A DNA stretch of 64,000 nt from Candidatus Latescibacterota bacterium. Its GTDB lineage: Bacteria; Latescibacterota; UBA2968; GCA-2709665. Made by a program: the position numbers and the translations under genes. This document shows, in pieces, positions 61,852 through 64,000 of the stretch (the first letter of the stretch is position 1; each line of letters starts with the position of its first letter). The stretch spans positions 5,024,001 to 5,088,000 of the forward strand of contig OZ252100.1 of the NCBI GenBank assembly GCA_965248435.1, in the 5' to 3' direction. The notes under the pieces were generated by a model. That model worked only from the letters and a program-made list of their open reading frames with translations. It had not been told where the DNA came from and made no database searches.

Positions 61852-62226
61852 ATGGCCAAGATTCTCATCGTAGACGACAATCCAAGCATCCTGCAGCTCC
61901 TGTCTGATTTTTTCGGGAACCTGAAGGGGCATACGGTCTACCTGGCCGGGGACGCGGATGAGGCGATCCGTCTGACGCGCGAGCATCTCCCCGATCTGGC
62001 GCTGTGCGACATCATGATGCCCGGCACCCACGGGGTGGATGCGCTCCTGATGATGAAACAGGTGTCGGCCGACATCAGGGTCATCATGATAACAGCCGTG
62101 GATGACGAAGAGATCGCCCGCGAGGCCATGGCAAGAGGCGCGGTGGATTATGTCACGAAGCCGCTAGACCTGAACTACCTGGATACCCTCGTGACATTTC
62201 AGCTCACTGAACAGGAAGGGGGATGA
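61852..62226 (+). CDS. Single-domain response regulator
   Basis: IVDDN, DIMMPG, ITA, TKP. Confidence 0.92.
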   Translation: MAKILIVDDNPSILQLLSDFFGNLKGHTVYLAGDADEAIRLTREHLPDLALCDIMMPGTHGVDALLMMKQVSADIRVIMITAVDDEEIAREAMARGAVDYVTKPLDLNYLDTLVTFQLTEQEGG

Positions 62227-62906
62227 CTGTGCGTCATCGCAGCGTGACGGGCCGGCCCTGGGACAGGGTGTTGAAGGAATACACGAAGTCCATCTTCTTT
62301 GCGATCTTCCTCGCGGTCTTGATCCGTGCCACATTGGTGCAGGCCTATCACATCCCTTCCGCGTCTATGGAGAATACGCTTCTGGTCGGAGATTATGTCC
62401 TGGGCGACAAGCTCACTTTCGGGACGCAGATCCCGGACCGGCTGCCGTTACTCAACGTGAAGCTCCCCTCCTTCCGAATGCCGGGGTTTCGAGACCCCAG
62501 ACCGGGCGACATCGTCATCTTCGAATTCCCTCACGATCCGTCTCGGGATTTTATCAAAAGGTGCGTCGCGGTTGGGGGTCAAACGATCGAAATCATAAAC
62601 AAGAACGTCTTCGTTGACGGGCAGCGGTTTGCCGACGCCAGCGGTGTCAAACATATCGACCCGGGGAACCCACCGCGGCACCTGTCCAAAAGAGACAACT
62701 ACGGCCCGTTTACGGTGCCCCCGGGGCACATCTTCGTTATGGGAGATAATCGGGACGCCAGTGATGACAGCCGCTTCTGGGGGACGGTTTCGCTCCGGAA
62801 GCTGAAGGCGCATCCTGTACTCATCTACTTTTCCTGGGACCAGAATGCCCCGATCTGGAACCCCTTTAGAAAGATCCGATGGTCGCGGTTGGGTTGGGTG
62901 GGTTAA
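62223..62906 (+). CDS. lepB: Signal peptidase I
   Basis: IPSASM, FIKRC, MGDNRDASDDSRFWG. Confidence 0.95.
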   Translation: MTVRHRSVTGRPWDRVLKEYTKSIFFAIFLAVLIRATLVQAYHIPSASMENTLLVGDYVLGDKLTFGTQIPDRLPLLNVKLPSFRMPGFRDPRPGDIVIFEFPHDPSRDFIKRCVAVGGQTIEIINKNVFVDGQRFADASGVKHIDPGNPPRHLSKRDNYGPFTVPPGHIFVMGDNRDASDDSRFWGTVSLRKLKAHPVLIYFSWDQNAPIWNPFRKIRWSRLGWVG

Positions 62907-62928
62907 GGGAAAGCGGACTGGAGGAGGA

Positions 62929-63564
62929 ATGAACGTTTTATTTCCTGGATCGATGCGCTGGACGGCTGCCCTGACGTTAGCGGTCTGCGGTTTCTGGGCC
63001 GGTTGTGGACCGATCCCGACCGCACCCGAAGTCGACATCAGTGACACCGGCGGGGAGAGGATCTATGCCAACGACCAATGGGGATTTGAGATTACGATCC
63101 CGGGCAATGACGACTGGGGGTTTACGGCCCAGACCAGTTTTCGACAGCGATTGGCCAATGGACTTCCCAGTGTAGAGGTCGTGATTTCGAAGAATGTGGA
63201 CGCAACCGGAACTGGCGACCGGCCTACGCTGACTTTGAGACCCCGCGCCCTCGCGCTGGGCACGAATGCCGGCATCCTGGCAACCATGCTGGAAGAGGAG
63301 TTCCGTTCGGCCTTTCTGGGCTACTCGCCGCAGCAGAAGCAGAGTCTGAACCTGCCCGCGTCACAACCAGGCGGGGATTCTGTTCGGGCGATAGAATGGG
63401 AGTTCACGTCGAGAATACCTGTCGGGTTTTTCTCCAGGTTCATCGTGACCGCCCTCGTGGATAAGGATCGGCGGGGTTATGTCTTTATCGGTGCCGGCAC
63501 GCCAAATGTCTTCCCCGTGGACGAATACAAACAGATCGCCTCGACACTCCGGTTTACGCGCTGA
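62929..63564 (+). CDS. Lipoprotein, possibly PsbP-like fold
   Basis: RBS GGAGGAGG, WAGC lipobox, YANDQWGFEITIP start and IASTLRF end. Confidence 0.65.
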   Translation: MNVLFPGSMRWTAALTLAVCGFWAGCGPIPTAPEVDISDTGGERIYANDQWGFEITIPGNDDWGFTAQTSFRQRLANGLPSVEVVISKNVDATGTGDRPTLTLRPRALALGTNAGILATMLEEEFRSAFLGYSPQQKQSLNLPASQPGGDSVRAIEWEFTSRIPVGFFSRFIVTALVDKDRRGYVFIGAGTPNVFPVDEYKQIASTLRFTR

Positions 63565-63705
63565 CTGGCACCGGCAAGCCTGCTATTAACGTACTGATTT
63601 ATATAGTCTTATGAATTAGTTGGCCGGCCATGGAAAGACCGATTCAAGAGTGGGTCTTCGAATGCCGATAAAGAGAATGACCAAGCGGTATCACTTGCTT
63701 CGACG

Positions 63706-63746
63706 AGGCCTCTTCGGGTTTCCCCAACCCGGGGGGCCTTTTTTTA
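63706..63746 (+). terminator. Intrinsic terminator or attenuator
   Basis: AGGCCTCTTCGGG..CCCGGGGGGCCT followed by a T-run. Confidence 0.7.
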
Positions 63747-64000
63747 TCACGGAGGCTATCGCAGAATCGGCAAAGACACAGAAAGAGTCGAGCGGGGTGC
63801 AAATTACCTGAATTGGCGCTGGATGAGAAGGACCATGGGTGCGCGGAGGGCCACGGAGAAAATCGCGGAAACGTCGTTCGTGGATCGTCGATCGCAGACC
63901 AAATCTCACGGCGGAGACGCCCCGCCGGGGCGTCTCTACGGTTTGCACGGTTTCCGAAGGACGACGAGACCTAGCCCCTTACTGTCCAGGGCCTCGCGAA

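Overview
GC-rich bacterial chromosomal window. Gene content is compatible with an FCB-group or Latescibacterota-like organism, but this is inference and was not checked. Most of it is housekeeping: slt, rdgB-rph, amidase, smpB, mnmG, bioB, efp-accB-accC, gcvH, scpAB, a rluB-cmk fusion, plsC, rpsA, mtaB, mutS, rel, a cobalamin-riboswitch-controlled btuDFC operon and lepB. The first 13.8 kb is accessory, with toxin-antitoxin genes and relics, two identical ISL3 copies, a serine hydrolase, a membrane protein, an orphan gmd, an MBL hydrolase and an aldo/keto reductase. The intergenic DNA is a dense mosaic of many repeat families. Main leads: (i) a four-helix-bundle (23S-IVP/Avd-like) gene enclosed by inverted octamer tandem repeats, with many gene-less inverted 7-10-mer repeat hairpins elsewhere; (ii) a 200-250 nt dispersed element with covarying stems and an exchangeable interior; (iii) ISL3 inserting in the same orientation into the loop of one specific hairpin repeat family; (iv) a sigma-54-type operon of three paralogous lipoproteins. 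No CRISPR array, tRNA or rRNA was recognised.
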